DNA of 64,000 nt from contig JBDSDL010000084.1 of assembly GCA_039920585.1 (NCBI GenBank), positions 184 through 64,183 on the forward strand, read 5' to 3'. Below the pieces are notes generated by a model, which saw nothing but the letters and a program-made list of their open reading frames with translations, searched no databases and was not told the origin of the DNA. Source of the stretch: Nitrospiraceae bacterium. GTDB lineage: Bacteria; Nitrospirota; Nitrospiria; Nitrospirales; Nitrospiraceae. Of the stretch, positions 9,854 to 19,693 are shown in pieces. The translations under genes were made by a program, and so were the position numbers. Every line of letters starts with the position of its first letter. Within the stretch, counting starts at the first letter, position 1.

Positions 9854-10579
9854 ATGCTCGTTATTCCTGCTATTGATTTAAAAGATGGCCGTTGTGTTCG
9901 ATTGCGCCAGGGCGACATGGCGGCTGAAACGGTCTATTCCGACGACGTGCCGGCTGTCGCGAGGCAATGGCAGCAAGGCGGTGCCTCGCTGATTCATGTG
10001 GTGGATCTGAACGGAGCCGTAGATGGAGCGCCGCGCAATTTTCCTCAGATTGAAGCGATCGTTCGCACTGTGAGCCTCAATATACAGGTCGGGGGAGGGA
10101 TCCGATCGATTGAGACGGTGCGGCGCTATCTCGGGACGGGCGTGACCAGAGTGGTGCTCGGCACTTCGGCCTTGGCCGATCGGTTGTTCTTGGAGAAGGC
10201 CTGTCGGGAATTTCCAAGACGGATTCTGTTGGGACTGGATGCGCGGGATGGGAAGGTGGCGGTCAAGGGTTGGACGGCGGTATCGGAGACGCAGGCGACT
10301 GAATTGCTGAAGGAGCTGGCAGGCTACGCCTTGGGCGCTGTGATCTATACGGACATAGCCCGCGATGGTATGTTGGGCGGACCGAATCTTGTGGCGTTGC
10401 AGGAGGTGGTTGAGTTGTCGTCCTTCCCCGTGATCGCCTCTGGAGGTATTTCGCGCATCGAAGACTTGCGGGCCGTGCAGGCGCTCGGCCCACGGGTTGA
10501 AGGCGCGATTGTGGGGAAAGCGCTGTACGACGGGAAACTTGATTATCGAACCGCTCTTGCGGCTCTCCGCGAGGCGTAA
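9854..10579 (+). CDS. hisA: ProFAR isomerase
   Basis: 241 aa, MLVIPAIDLKDGRCVRL... and HisA-like throughout. Confidence 0.95.
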   Translation: MLVIPAIDLKDGRCVRLRQGDMAAETVYSDDVPAVARQWQQGGASLIHVVDLNGAVDGAPRNFPQIEAIVRTVSLNIQVGGGIRSIETVRRYLGTGVTRVVLGTSALADRLFLEKACREFPRRILLGLDARDGKVAVKGWTAVSETQATELLKELAGYALGAVIYTDIARDGMLGGPNLVALQEVVELSSFPVIASGGISRIEDLRAVQALGPRVEGAIVGKALYDGKLDYRTALAALREA

Positions 10580-10584
10580 GGCGT

Positions 10585-10641
10585 AGGGGTAAGGGGTGAA
10601 GCGCACGACAATGCGAGTGTTTCACCTCACGCCTTACCCCT
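10585..10641. repeat. Imperfect G-rich/C-rich hairpin made of two inverted short repeat units between hisA and hisF
   Basis: AGGGGTAAGGGGTGAA (10585-10600) faces TTCACCTCACGCCTTACCCCT (10621-10641). The same unit occurs at 9051-9073. Confidence 0.5.
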
Positions 10642-10662
10642 CACCCCTCTAACGGTTTAAGC

Positions 10663-11424
10663 ATGTTGACCAAACGCATTATCCCTTGCCTCGATGTCAA
10701 AGATGGCCGCGTCGTCAAAGGCGTGAGCTTTGTGAACTTGCGTGACGCAGGAGATCCGGTCGAAGTGGCAACCGTCTATGATCGCGAAGGGGCCGATGAA
10801 CTCTGCTTCCTGGACATTACCGCCTCTCATGAGAACCGTAAAACTATCATTGACGTGGTCGAGCAGACGGCGGCGCGAGTGTTCATGCCGCTGACCGTCG
10901 GCGGAGGCGTGAGAACGCTTGAAGACATCCGGGCCTTGTTGAAGGCGGGGGCGGACAAGGTGAGCATCAACACGGCGGCAGTCCAACGGCCTGGATTTGT
11001 GAAGGAAGCGGCGGAGCGATTCGGGACGCAATGTATCGTCGTGGCGATCGACGCCAAGCGTCGCGTTGCGCCGGCGGCAGGGTGGGAAGTGTTCACCCAC
11101 GGCGGCCGGAAGTCGACCGGTCTCGACGTCGTCGAATGGGTGAAGACGATGGCACAGTACGGAGCAGGTGAGATTTTGCTCACGAGCATGGATCAAGATG
11201 GGCAACAGCAGGGGTATGACCTTGCGTTGACGGCCACCGTGTCAGAAGCTGTGTCAATTCCGGTGATTGCGTCGGGCGGTGTGGGGAATTTGGACCACCT
11301 CTATGACGGATTCGTCAGGGGCAAGGCCGATGCGGTGCTGGCCGCGTCTATTTTCCATTTCCGGACTCACACGATTCCAGAGGCGAAAGCCTATCTTCGT
11401 CAGAAGGGAGTGGCGGTTCGATAA
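10663..11424 (+). CDS. hisF: Imidazole glycerol phosphate synthase, cyclase subunit
   Basis: 253 aa, [20 protein letters not shown]... canonical HisF. Confidence 0.96.
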   Translation: MLTKRIIPCLDVKDGRVVKGVSFVNLRDAGDPVEVATVYDREGADELCFLDITASHENRKTIIDVVEQTAARVFMPLTVGGGVRTLEDIRALLKAGADKVSINTAAVQRPGFVKEAAERFGTQCIVVAIDAKRRVAPAAGWEVFTHGGRKSTGLDVVEWVKTMAQYGAGEILLTSMDQDGQQQGYDLALTATVSEAVSIPVIASGGVGNLDHLYDGFVRGKADAVLAASIFHFRTHTIPEAKAYLRQKGVAVR

Positions 11425-12077
11425 TGGATATGGGGCGATTGAAATTCGATGCGCAAGGGCTGATTCCGGCGGTCGTGCAGGATTGGCGGGATGGCACGGT
11501 GCTGATGGTGGCCTTCATGAACCAGGAGGCCTTGCAAAAGACTGTCGAGACGAAGTCCGTGCATTTCTGGAGCCGGTCGCGCCAAACGTTGTGGGAAAAG
11601 GGTGAGACTTCCGGGCACAGGCTGCAGCTCAAGGATCTATTTCTCGATTGTGATGGCGATGCCCTTCTCGTGAAGGTCGAGCCGGTCGGCCCGACGTGCC
11701 ACACGGGGGAGCGGGCCTGCTTCTTTTCTCGTCTGGATTCTCCGGAGACGAAGACGTCCGAATCTTGGGGAGGAATTCTCGAACGTCTCTATCAGACGAT
11801 CCAAGAGCGGAAGCAGCAGCCTTCGAGCGAATCCTATACTTCCAAACTGCTGGAAGGTGGTGTCGATCGTATTCTGAAGAAAGTCGTGGAGGAAGCCGGC
11901 GAGGTGGCGATTGCAGGGAAGGGCGGGAAGAAAGACGAAATTGTCTACGAAACGGCGGACCTGTTGTTCCATATCTTGGTGGCGCTGGGATACCACGGCA
12001 TCACGCCGCAAGAAGTCTATCAGGAGTTGGCGACTCGGTTCGGGAAGTCGGGCTTGAGAAAAGGGTCCAGCTCATGA
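11424..12077 (+). CDS. hisIE: Bifunctional phosphoribosyl-AMP cyclohydrolase / phosphoribosyl-ATP pyrophosphatase
   Basis: N-terminal half is HisI-like (FWSRSRQTLWEKGETSGH...CHTGERACFF) and the C-terminal half HisE-like (SYTSKLLEGGVDRILKKVVEEAGE). 1-nt overlap with the hisF stop. Confidence 0.93.
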   Translation: MDMGRLKFDAQGLIPAVVQDWRDGTVLMVAFMNQEALQKTVETKSVHFWSRSRQTLWEKGETSGHRLQLKDLFLDCDGDALLVKVEPVGPTCHTGERACFFSRLDSPETKTSESWGGILERLYQTIQERKQQPSSESYTSKLLEGGVDRILKKVVEEAGEVAIAGKGGKKDEIVYETADLLFHILVALGYHGITPQEVYQELATRFGKSGLRKGSSS

Positions 12078-12418
12078 GCGAGTGCATGTTTTGCAAAATC
12101 GTCGGGAGAACCATTCCGGCGGCGCTCATCTATGAAGACGATCTGTTCGTCGCGTTCGACGACATTAATCCTCAGGCGCCGACTCATACGCTTGTCATCC
12201 CTCGGAAACATGTGACTTCGATTGCCGAACTGCAAGGTTCGGATGTTGAGCTACTCGGACATTTGATGCTGGCCGGCAACAAGATTGCGAAATTGAAGGG
12301 GATTGCCGATACCGGGTACCGTTTTGTCGTCAATACCGGTGAGCACGGTGGCCAGAGCGTGTTTCACCTTCATCTCCATGTTTTGGGCGGACGACACATG
12401 GCCTGGCCTCCCGGCTAG
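12074..12418 (+). CDS. HIT family (histidine triad) protein
   Basis: ATG at 12074 gives MSECMFCKIVGRTIPA..., with the histidine triad HLHLHVLGG near the C-terminus. ATGA overlap with hisIE. Confidence 0.9.
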   Translation: MSECMFCKIVGRTIPAALIYEDDLFVAFDDINPQAPTHTLVIPRKHVTSIAELQGSDVELLGHLMLAGNKIAKLKGIADTGYRFVVNTGEHGGQSVFHLHLHVLGGRHMAWPPG

Positions 12419-12445
12419 CAGTCCGAACTTTTTGAGCCTCCTACG
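12418..12445 (+). repeat. Remnant (solo right arm) of the long-stem repeat family
   Basis: GCAG|TCCGAACTTTTTGAGCCTCCTACG matches copy C's right arm GTCTGGACTTTTTGAGCATCCTGCG at 22 of 25 positions by hand alignment. It starts in the TAG stop of the HIT gene. Confidence 0.5.
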
Positions 12446-12643
12446 AGGTCATGTCTCGTTGTCCCAGACATGTGGGCCAGTGGACTTTCGGCGGCCCGCC
12501 ATCGTTTTTCTGCAACTGGCTAGTGCCCTACCGCCACGTTGACAGATTTCTTTCCCGTCTGTTACCTTTACCGGTCCATTCTCGACCACTTACGTTTATC
12601 TTTCTCACCGGTGCCAGGTGGGGAAATAGGAGCCGCGACTCCC

Positions 12644-14458
12644 GTGGGCCGAGGTCTGATTTCTGAAGACGTGATTAACCAAGTCAGGGATCGGGTCGAT
12701 ATCGCCGAGGTGGTTGGCCATCACGTGAGCTTGGCCAGGGCTGGCCAGAACCTGAAGGGGCTCTGTCCCTTCCATCAGGAAAAATCGCCTTCCTTTACTG
12801 TCAGTTCTTCCCGCCAGATTTTTCATTGTTTCGGATGCGGTGCGGGCGGCAACGTGTTTACGTTTTTGATGCGGATCACCGGCGCGAGTTTTCCTGAGAC
12901 GGTCCGTGAGCTTGGACAGAAACTTGGGATTGACGTGCCGGACAGCAAGCCGAGCGCGGGGCCTCACGCAGCGCAGGCGAGTCGCCTTGAACCGCTCAAT
13001 CGGGCAGTCACGGCGTGGTTCCAACAGAATTTGCGGGATGAGGTAATCGGTGCGACGGCACGGGACTATCTGGCCGGCCGGGGCATTCAGGCTGGGACAA
13101 TCGAGCGATTTGAAATCGGTTGTGCGCCGGCTGAGTGGGACGGGCTGATCAAGGCGCTGAGCAAGCAGGGATTTACACAGAGCGACTTGGCCGCCGCTGG
13201 ATTGACGGTGGCGCGCGAACAGGCGTCTGGGACCTATGATCGTTTTCGTGCCCGCGTGATGTTCCCGATCACGGATCTGCGTAAGCGGGTCGTCGGGTTT
13301 GGAGGGCGTATCCTCGGCGAGGGGACTCCGAAGTACCTGAATTCGCCGGATACTCCCTTGTTCAAGAAGGGGCAGACGCTCTACGCATTGGATCTTGCAC
13401 GGGAAGCCGTGGCTCGACTGAAGACCGTGATTGTGGTGGAAGGGTATTTCGATGCGGTCGCGCTTCATCAAGCGGGGCTGACCCACACGGTTGCAACGTT
13501 GGGGACGGCTCTGACGGCAGAGCATATTCAGATGTTGAGACGGTTTGCCTCGAAGGTTGTGCTCTTGTTCGACCCAGATCAGGCCGGAGTTCGTGCTGCG
13601 CTGCGAGGGCTCGATCTGTTTGTGAACAGCGGGCTCGGTGTGAAAGTCGTCACCTTGCCGACAGGAGAGGACCCCGATACCTATGTGCGAAAGGAAGGAC
13701 CGGAAGCCTTCACCCGGTTGGAAGAGCAGGCTCCGAGCCTCTTGGATTTTGCCCTTGAGCATCGTTTGAGCACGGCGGAGTCCAGTACGATCGAAGGGCG
13801 TATCCGTAGTGCAGATGATGTGCTGCGGATTCTGCAAAAGAGCGAACATCCGATCGAACGAGAAGAACGGATTCGCATGGTTGCAGAACGACTGGGGGTC
13901 AACCAACAACGGTTGATCGAACGGTATCCGGCGCTGGCACAGCCGGAGGGACGTCGACCGGCGCCCGCTCAATCGGCCACCTCTACACCGGCAACATTTA
14001 AGGGTGCGAGCGAAGAGCGGGATCTGATGTATTTGCTGTTGCATGGGCACCTGACGCCCGCCGATGTGCAACGACTGCGATCCGAGGCTTTCTCGGTTCC
14101 GGCCTGTCGGTCCCTCGTCGAGGCGGCATTGAAACACCTCGATCGAGACGGCCGAGTCGGGCTCAGGTTGCTGCTGGATGCAGTGGTGAACGATCCGGAT
14201 TGCGGGTCGCTGGCGACTGAGTTGTCCATGCGGGAGGACCATTTCGACGACGTGAGAGCTCATGTCACGGGATGCTTAGAGACCTTGGATCGGAAGCAAG
14301 CTGAGGCCGTATTTCGAGATCTGATCGTGCGACTCAAGGCTGCCGAACGGGAAGGCCGCCTGGAGGATGCGCGGACGTTGAACGCACAAGTAAATGAAAT
14401 GAGATTGCAAAAGGCCGGTCGGCCTTCCGTCGGGATGTTGTCCTTAGTGAAGGAGTAG
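12644..14458 (+). CDS. dnaG: DNA primase
   Basis: Zn-ribbon ([14 protein letters not shown]...HCFGCGAGG) and TOPRIM region (VIVVEGYFD). Start set at the in-frame GTG 12644 (AGGAG 11 nt upstream). The ORF-track TTG at 12539 looks like a -35 box, so the start is uncertain. Confidence 0.9.
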   Translation: MGRGLISEDVINQVRDRVDIAEVVGHHVSLARAGQNLKGLCPFHQEKSPSFTVSSSRQIFHCFGCGAGGNVFTFLMRITGASFPETVRELGQKLGIDVPDSKPSAGPHAAQASRLEPLNRAVTAWFQQNLRDEVIGATARDYLAGRGIQAGTIERFEIGCAPAEWDGLIKALSKQGFTQSDLAAAGLTVAREQASGTYDRFRARVMFPITDLRKRVVGFGGRILGEGTPKYLNSPDTPLFKKGQTLYALDLAREAVARLKTVIVVEGYFDAVALHQAGLTHTVATLGTALTAEHIQMLRRFASKVVLLFDPDQAGVRAALRGLDLFVNSGLGVKVVTLPTGEDPDTYVRKEGPEAFTRLEEQAPSLLDFALEHRLSTAESSTIEGRIRSADDVLRILQKSEHPIEREERIRMVAERLGVNQQRLIERYPALAQPEGRRPAPAQSATSTPATFKGASEERDLMYLLLHGHLTPADVQRLRSEAFSVPACRSLVEAALKHLDRDGRVGLRLLLDAVVNDPDCGSLATELSMREDHFDDVRAHVTGCLETLDRKQAEAVFRDLIVRLKAAEREGRLEDARTLNAQVNEMRLQKAGRPSVGMLSLVKE

Positions 14459-14460
14459 TC

Positions 14461-16296
14461 ATGGCGAAACCAGAGTTGCTTGGCGAAGTGAAGAAGCTGA
14501 TCTCGATGGGGAAAGAGAAAGGATTTTTGACGTACGACGAGCTGAATAGCACGTTGCCCGCTGAAGTGGTGTCCTCCGAGCAGTTCGGCAGCATCATGAC
14601 GATGTTCGGCGAAATGGACATCGAGATTGTCGATGCGCCCGAGGGGGAGCGGATCAGAAAAGCTCGGGACACTGAAGACTCAAATGAGGACGCTGAGGAC
14701 GCCGAGGTCGAGTCCGGTGCCGGGGAAGAGAATGAGAAAGAAGAAAAAGAAGAGAAGGAGATCGATCTCACTCCCGGCGCACTCAGCCGGACCGACGACC
14801 CAGTCCGACTCTATCTCAAAGAGATGGGAAGTGTGGCGCTGTTAAGTCGTGAAGGGGAAATCGAGATCGCGAAACGCATCGAAGAAGGAAAGAAGGATAT
14901 TGCCTCGGTTATCTACGGGATGCCGATGACGATCGAGTTTGTTCTCGCACTGTACGATCAGCTTAAAAACGGGACTATCGATGTGCGTGAGATCGTCCCG
15001 ATCGTTGAGACCGAGGAGGAGTTTGAGGAAGAACAAATCCAGCGGGACTACGAAGAGCTCCGGGTGAAGACGCTTGAAGGACTGAATTCGGTTCGGAAAA
15101 TCTCGACCTCGCTCAAGAGTCTCTATGAAGTGGCGCGGCATGCCAACAGCGATCCCGCGAAGCAGAAGAAGATCAAGAAGCAGATCGATACGATTCGCGA
15201 TCAAGTCGTAGAGAAGATGGAGTCCGTCAACCTGCATGGTGTGCTGAAGGATCGGATGGTGCAGCGTGTGCGGGAATTGGCGATTCAGATCCGGACGTCG
15301 GAGCGGGAGATCGTCAGTTGTCAGCGGCGGCTTGGAATCAGCGGTGAGGCCGGTGTTGAAGCTCTCAAGAAGCTCTGCCGCGATCGGAAAGCCTTCCTCG
15401 CCGTCAAACGCAAAACGAGCTGCTCGGAGGAGGCGCTCACCGAGATAAAAAAGGTGTATCAGGCGGCGAAGGGCCGGATTCGAACACTCGAGACCGAAGA
15501 GGCTCTTGTGTCCGCGGAAGAGATCAAAGATGCGGTCAAGCATCTGGATGTGGCGGAGGACAAGGTCAAGCGCGGGAAAGCCGAGCTGGTCGAGGCGAAT
15601 CTTCGTCTCGTTGTCAGTATTGCCAAGAAGTACACGAACCGTGGTCTCCAGTTTCTCGACTTGATCCAGGAAGGCAATATCGGCCTGATGAAGGCTGTCG
15701 ACAAGTTCGAATACAAGCGCGGCTACAAGTTCAGTACCTATGCCACTTGGTGGATCCGCCAGGCGATTACCCGCGCGATTGCCGATCAAGCCCGGACGAT
15801 CCGTATCCCCGTACATATGATCGAGACGATCAACAAATTGATCCGAACTTCCCGCCATCTGGTTCAGAAACTCGGACGCGAACCGACGCCGGAAGAAATT
15901 GCCGAGCGCATGGATCTACCCCTTGACAAAGTGCGGAAGATCCTAAAAATCGCGCGTGAGCCGATTTCTCTGGAGACCCCGATCGGCGAAGAAGAAGACA
16001 GCCATTTGGGCGACTTTATCGAGGACAAGAAGGCGGTTTCTCCTCTGGAGGCGGCGATTCGGTACGATCTCCAGCGCCAGATCAACAGCGCATTGGAAAC
16101 GCTCACGCCACGGGAAGAGAAGGTATTACGGAAACGGTTCGGTATCGGCGAAGCCACCGACCATACCCTCGAAGAGGTTGGCCAGGATTTCGAAGTGACC
16201 CGCGAACGTATCCGGCAGATCGAAGCCAAGGCTTTGCGCAAGCTGCGTCATCCGAGCAGGAGTAAGAAGCTTCGCAGTTTCGTGGAAAGTCTATGA
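14461..16296 (+). CDS. rpoD: RNA polymerase sigma factor RpoD (sigma-70)
   Basis: 611 aa with an acidic region 1, [27 protein letters not shown] in region 2, and region 4 [20 protein letters not shown]. Confidence 0.97.
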   Translation: MAKPELLGEVKKLISMGKEKGFLTYDELNSTLPAEVVSSEQFGSIMTMFGEMDIEIVDAPEGERIRKARDTEDSNEDAEDAEVESGAGEENEKEEKEEKEIDLTPGALSRTDDPVRLYLKEMGSVALLSREGEIEIAKRIEEGKKDIASVIYGMPMTIEFVLALYDQLKNGTIDVREIVPIVETEEEFEEEQIQRDYEELRVKTLEGLNSVRKISTSLKSLYEVARHANSDPAKQKKIKKQIDTIRDQVVEKMESVNLHGVLKDRMVQRVRELAIQIRTSEREIVSCQRRLGISGEAGVEALKKLCRDRKAFLAVKRKTSCSEEALTEIKKVYQAAKGRIRTLETEEALVSAEEIKDAVKHLDVAEDKVKRGKAELVEANLRLVVSIAKKYTNRGLQFLDLIQEGNIGLMKAVDKFEYKRGYKFSTYATWWIRQAITRAIADQARTIRIPVHMIETINKLIRTSRHLVQKLGREPTPEEIAERMDLPLDKVRKILKIAREPISLETPIGEEEDSHLGDFIEDKKAVSPLEAAIRYDLQRQINSALETLTPREEKVLRKRFGIGEATDHTLEEVGQDFEVTRERIRQIEAKALRKLRHPSRSKKLRSFVESL

Positions 16297-16323
16297 CGCG
16301 CCATGGAGTGTTCCCATCGGGAT

Positions 16324-16352
16324 TTGACTCCCCTTCCTGGGCAGCCTAAAAT
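16324..16352 (+). promoter_or_regulatory. Sigma70-like promoter candidate for the tRNA
   Basis: TTGACT (16324-16329), 17 nt spacer, TAAAAT (16347-16352), about 50 nt upstream of the tRNA. Confidence 0.5.
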
Positions 16353-16401
16353 TGGCTGCGCGTGTCTGCGGGTCAGGCACGAGAGAGTCATCCGCCTGAT
16401 C

Positions 16402-16478
16402 GGGCCCATAGCTCAGGTGGTTAGAGCGGCTGACTCATAATCAGCTGGTCCTAGGTTCAAGTCCTAGTGGGCCCACCA
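16402..16478 (+). tRNA. tRNA with CAT anticodon (elongator Met or lysidine-modified Ile2), CCA encoded
   Basis: Hand-folded cloverleaf: acceptor GGGCCCA/TGGGCCC, D arm GCTCAGGTGGTTAGAGC, anticodon stem-loop GCTGA-CTCATAA-TCAGC, T arm CTAGG-TTCAAGT-CCTAG, then A+CCA. Confidence 0.9.
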
Positions 16479-16491
16479 GCGCAGTCGCGGA

Positions 16492-17316
16492 ATGCATCGG
16501 TTTAAAATCGTTGTTCGGAGCAACAGCTACAGGAGTGCGTTGAACCAGAACCTTTTCCCCCTGATTGAACTGCAGAAGCTGGATCTCCGTATTGCGGAGG
16601 TCAAGGACCAGCGCCGAAAAATTCCTGAGCGACTCCAAGCGGTTGATACCCCGCTTCGAGAGGCCCGGCAGCAACATCAACAGACCAGTGTTTCCGTGGA
16701 GACTCTCATCAAAGAGCGGCGGTCGCATGAACAGGATCTTGAAGCGCATGAAGCGCACACAGAAAAAATGAAGTCGCGGCTGTCCGAGTTGAAGTCCAAT
16801 AAGGAATATCAAGCCCACCTCTTTGAGATCGAGATTGCCAATAATAAGAAAGGGGATATCGAGGAGAAGATCTTGTTGTGTATGGAGAAGATCGAACAAC
16901 TGCAGCGGACGGCGAAAGAAGCACAAGAGAAGCTCAGCGCCATCGAAAAGGCCTTTACGCAGGAAAAACAGGCGCTCGATGAGCTGGAACGCACACTCTC
17001 AACGGAACTGGCCGATCTCGAAACACAGCAGCAAGCTCATTCGGGTCATGTCGAGAAAGGGCTGCTTGGTCGGTATAATTCGATCAAAGCGTTGCGCAAG
17101 GATCACGCTCTCGCTGAAATCAAAGAGGGGATCTGTTCTGGATGCCGTCTGCAGCTTCCTCCGCAACTGATTTCAGAAGTCAAACGCGCGGAAGATCTCC
17201 ACACTTGCCCATACTGTCGTCGGATGCTCTATTGGGATGGGCAAGTTCCTGTTGAAACCACGCCAGGCCCCGATCTTGATAAGACGTCGGTCCTTGAGAT
17301 CGGCGAGTCGGTCTAG
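16492..17316 (+). CDS. Coiled-coil protein with C-terminal C4 zinc ribbon (COG1579-like)
   Basis: Long coiled-coil region, then CSGCRLQLPP...CPYCRRMLYW. In-frame TTG at 16540 is an alternative start. Confidence 0.75.
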   Translation: MHRFKIVVRSNSYRSALNQNLFPLIELQKLDLRIAEVKDQRRKIPERLQAVDTPLREARQQHQQTSVSVETLIKERRSHEQDLEAHEAHTEKMKSRLSELKSNKEYQAHLFEIEIANNKKGDIEEKILLCMEKIEQLQRTAKEAQEKLSAIEKAFTQEKQALDELERTLSTELADLETQQQAHSGHVEKGLLGRYNSIKALRKDHALAEIKEGICSGCRLQLPPQLISEVKRAEDLHTCPYCRRMLYWDGQVPVETTPGPDLDKTSVLEIGESV

Positions 17317-17981
17317 TCTGTTTTCCCCAACACAGCCTGAGTTGTTTTGAAGTGCAGTTTGGCGACCGACCCCAGTCGTTCCTCTCCATGCTTTTTTACG
17401 ATCATGCGTCCGGCCAGTTCAACGGCAGGCGACGCCCCTTTGGGCAATGTTGTACCGATCTCATCCGAGAGTCGTTTCAATCGCAAGAGGAGTTCCGCGC
17501 GGGCCAGGATCGAGGCGGCAGCCACGGCCAGATCGGATTCGGCCTTATGCCGTTGTTCCAATACGATCGTGCGCCCCTTCTCCTGTAGTGCGTTCAGAAT
17601 CAATCGTTCATCGCCGAACTGATCCGCGATAGCGCGCCCACACGAGACCTTTTCCAGCAGAGTTTCCAGTGCCTTGGCATGGCCCCAGGCCAGCAGGCGA
17701 TTCAAGTTCCGGATCTTCGCGTACAGTTCGTTGTATCGTTGCGGGCCGATCGCAATAATACTGTGGGGGCACAGCATCCGGATGTCGGGCGCCATCTCGA
17801 GAATACGGCCGTCTGATATTTTCTTGCTGTCCCGAACATTCATGAGAGTCAACTCGTTCTGGGTGGTCGCGTCGACGAAGACAGCGGCGATGACGAGAGG
17901 ACCAAAATAGTCTCCCTTGCCGGACTCATCGATGCCGATGCGTTCGATGGAGGTGTGCGGCGTCTTGTCGGTCACAGGCAA
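17313..17981 (-). CDS. rnhC: Type 2 ribonuclease H with RNase HIII-type motif, short form
   Basis: 222 aa. GIDESGKGDYFGPLV catalytic motif (HIII-type, versus DEAGRGP in HII) and a C-terminal LPKGAS...KLHFKT. No N-terminal extension. Confidence 0.8.
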   Translation of the reverse strand: MPVTDKTPHTSIERIGIDESGKGDYFGPLVIAAVFVDATTQNELTLMNVRDSKKISDGRILEMAPDIRMLCPHSIIAIGPQRYNELYAKIRNLNRLLAWGHAKALETLLEKVSCGRAIADQFGDERLILNALQEKGRTIVLEQRHKAESDLAVAAASILARAELLLRLKRLSDEIGTTLPKGASPAVELAGRMIVKKHGEERLGSVAKLHFKTTQAVLGKTD

Positions 17982-18090
17982 GTAGTCCTAGTAGAAAATC
18001 TCAGTGTGGCGCGGTAATCTAACAGACCGATCTGGGGTGGTCAATTTGATCGGAGTCGACAGAATCGAATCGAGAAGGGGGGGTCATTTG

Positions 18091-18954
18091 ATGTGTGCAG
18101 TAAAATCGTATGCACGGTTGGCGGTCGTGCTGGTGATGAGTGTGGCACTCGCCTCGCTGGTGGGATGTGAAACCAATCCCTACACCGGACGGTCGCAGTT
18201 GCTCATGACCTCCGTGTCGCAAGAAATGCAAATGGGTGCGCAGGCTTATGATCAGGTCAAGAGTGACCCCAAGATGCGCCCCTCGCAAGATCCGCGCGAG
18301 ATCGAACCTGTCAAGCGCGTGGCAGCCCGCATCGTCGAAGCGGCCAAGCGTTCAAAGTATGCCGAGATGGCAAATCAGTTTCAGTGGGAAGTGACGGTCA
18401 TCAAAGACGATAAGACGCCGAATGCTTTTGCGCTGCCTGGAGGCAAGATGGCGGTGTATACCGGCATTTTTCCCATGGCCAAGACTGAAGCAGGGCTGGC
18501 CGCCGTTATGGGGCACGAAGTTGTTCACGCCTTGGCCCGACACGGCGCCGAACGGATGAGCCAAGGCCAGCTGACGGATGTCGGGCTCCAGGCTATTGGC
18601 ACGGCAGCCGGAGCGGCAGGCGGGGGCGGGATATTGGGGCAAGCGGCGATGGCGGCGCTTGGCGTCGGTGCAAAGGTTGGTGTGTTGCTGCCTTTCAGCC
18701 GAAAGCATGAATCGGAAGCGGATTATGTTGGGATTTTGCTTGCGGCGGATGCCGGCTATGACCCGCGAGAAGCTGTAGCTTTGTGGGAACGGATGGGGCA
18801 GATGTCCCGTGGCGGCGGGCCATCAGAGTTTATGTCCACGCACCCAAGCCACGAGACCCGGATCGATCAGCTGAAAAAGTGGATGCCTGAAGCCATGGCT
18901 ATTTATCAGGCCAAGCCGCCAGTGCCTGAGGCGCTCTTGCCGACCGTGCAGTAA
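18091..18954 (+). CDS. M48 family zinc metallopeptidase, lipoprotein
   Basis: ATG 18091 after GAAGGGGGGG. Lipobox LASLVGC. HExxH (GHEVVHALARH) and a downstream ESEADYVG. Confidence 0.85.
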   Translation: MCAVKSYARLAVVLVMSVALASLVGCETNPYTGRSQLLMTSVSQEMQMGAQAYDQVKSDPKMRPSQDPREIEPVKRVAARIVEAAKRSKYAEMANQFQWEVTVIKDDKTPNAFALPGGKMAVYTGIFPMAKTEAGLAAVMGHEVVHALARHGAERMSQGQLTDVGLQAIGTAAGAAGGGGILGQAAMAALGVGAKVGVLLPFSRKHESEADYVGILLAADAGYDPREAVALWERMGQMSRGGGPSEFMSTHPSHETRIDQLKKWMPEAMAIYQAKPPVPEALLPTVQ

Positions 18955-18977
18955 GCCGAAGCATCCGGAGTGTGCCC

Positions 18978-19006
18978 TTGAAAGTGCGGCTCTCCAGTCC
19001 TATAGT
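18978..19006 (+). promoter_or_regulatory. Sigma70-like promoter candidate for rnpB
   Basis: TTGAAA (18978-18983), 17 nt spacer, TATAGT (19001-19006), about 13 nt before the P1 stem. Confidence 0.6.
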
Positions 19007-19019
19007 ATTCTGGCGCGAG

Positions 19020-19444
19020 GGAGAAGACTGGGTGATCGCTCGTGGCGGTGATGCTGCGAGAGGAAAGTCCGGACTTCATGGGTAGGGCGCTGGGTAATTC
19101 CCAGGCGGAGCGATCCGACACCAGCACCACAGAGAACAAACCGCCGATGGCCAAGGCGATGAGACCTCAAATCTTGTCGTTGCGGATCAGGTAAGGGTGA
19201 AACGGTGGGGTAAGAGCCTACCGCGGTGGTGGTAACATCACTGGCAGGGTAAGCGTCGCCCGATGCAAGGCCAAATAGGGAGACACCTGCCGGTTTTCTT
19301 CGGAAAGTCGGCAACCGGCTGGCCCGGCCGAGGTCTCCGGGTAGGTCGCTTGAGGTTCGAGGTAACTCGAATCCTAGAGAAATGATCGCCCCCGTGTGGG
19401 AGCATATCCCAGGCGGGACAGAATCCGGCTTATCGGTCTTCTCC
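19020..19444 (+). ncRNA. rnpB: RNase P RNA (bacterial type A)
   Basis: Universally conserved GAGGAAAGTCCGGAC near the 5' end, GGTAAGGGTGAAA, and ACAGAATCCGGCTTATCG near the 3' end. P1 pairing is GGAGAAGAC (19020-19028) with GTCTTCTCC (19436-19444). Confidence 0.93.
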
Positions 19445-19693
19445 ACCGCGCTTTTTTATCGCTCGACGCAGTTCCTCTTCTGTCACACTCCCTGCGAAGT
19501 GTTCGATCTCGTCGAGCAAGACGATAGGAACCCTCGCCCCGTAGCGCTCTGCTAAAGAACTGTCACTGTCAACATCCACGATGTTTATTTCAATGTGCAG
19601 TTCTGGCTGAAGATGAGTTGCAATTCGGTAGATGACATCGCATAGATGGCAACCTTCACGAGACAAAATGGTTACGCGGATTGGCATGCTCAT
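19430..19693 (-). CDS. Glutaredoxin-like thioredoxin-fold protein (CxxC)
   Basis: MSMPIRVTILSREGCHLCD... with a CHLC redox motif, small size, and VPIVLLD typical of glutaredoxin-like proteins. Start is uncertain (19693, 19687 or 19738). The 3' end overlaps the rnpB 3' end by about 15 nt on the opposite strand. Confidence 0.6.
   Translation of the reverse strand: MSMPIRVTILSREGCHLCDVIYRIATHLQPELHIEINIVDVDSDSSLAERYGARVPIVLLDEIEHFAGSVTEEELRRAIKKRGGEDR

Noticed and set aside
12605-14263. 552-aa ORF on the minus strand.
   Set aside because: It is entirely antisense to dnaG, which has unmistakable primase motifs. Its translation is R/P/S/H-rich low-complexity sequence typical of antisense frames in GC-rich DNA.
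14842-15858. 338-aa ORF on the minus strand.
   Set aside because: It is antisense to rpoD, a shadow ORF.
19000-19446. 148-aa minus-strand ORF, and the 18906-19154 ORF.
   Set aside because: They overlap the RNase P RNA gene, whose conserved motifs explain this region.
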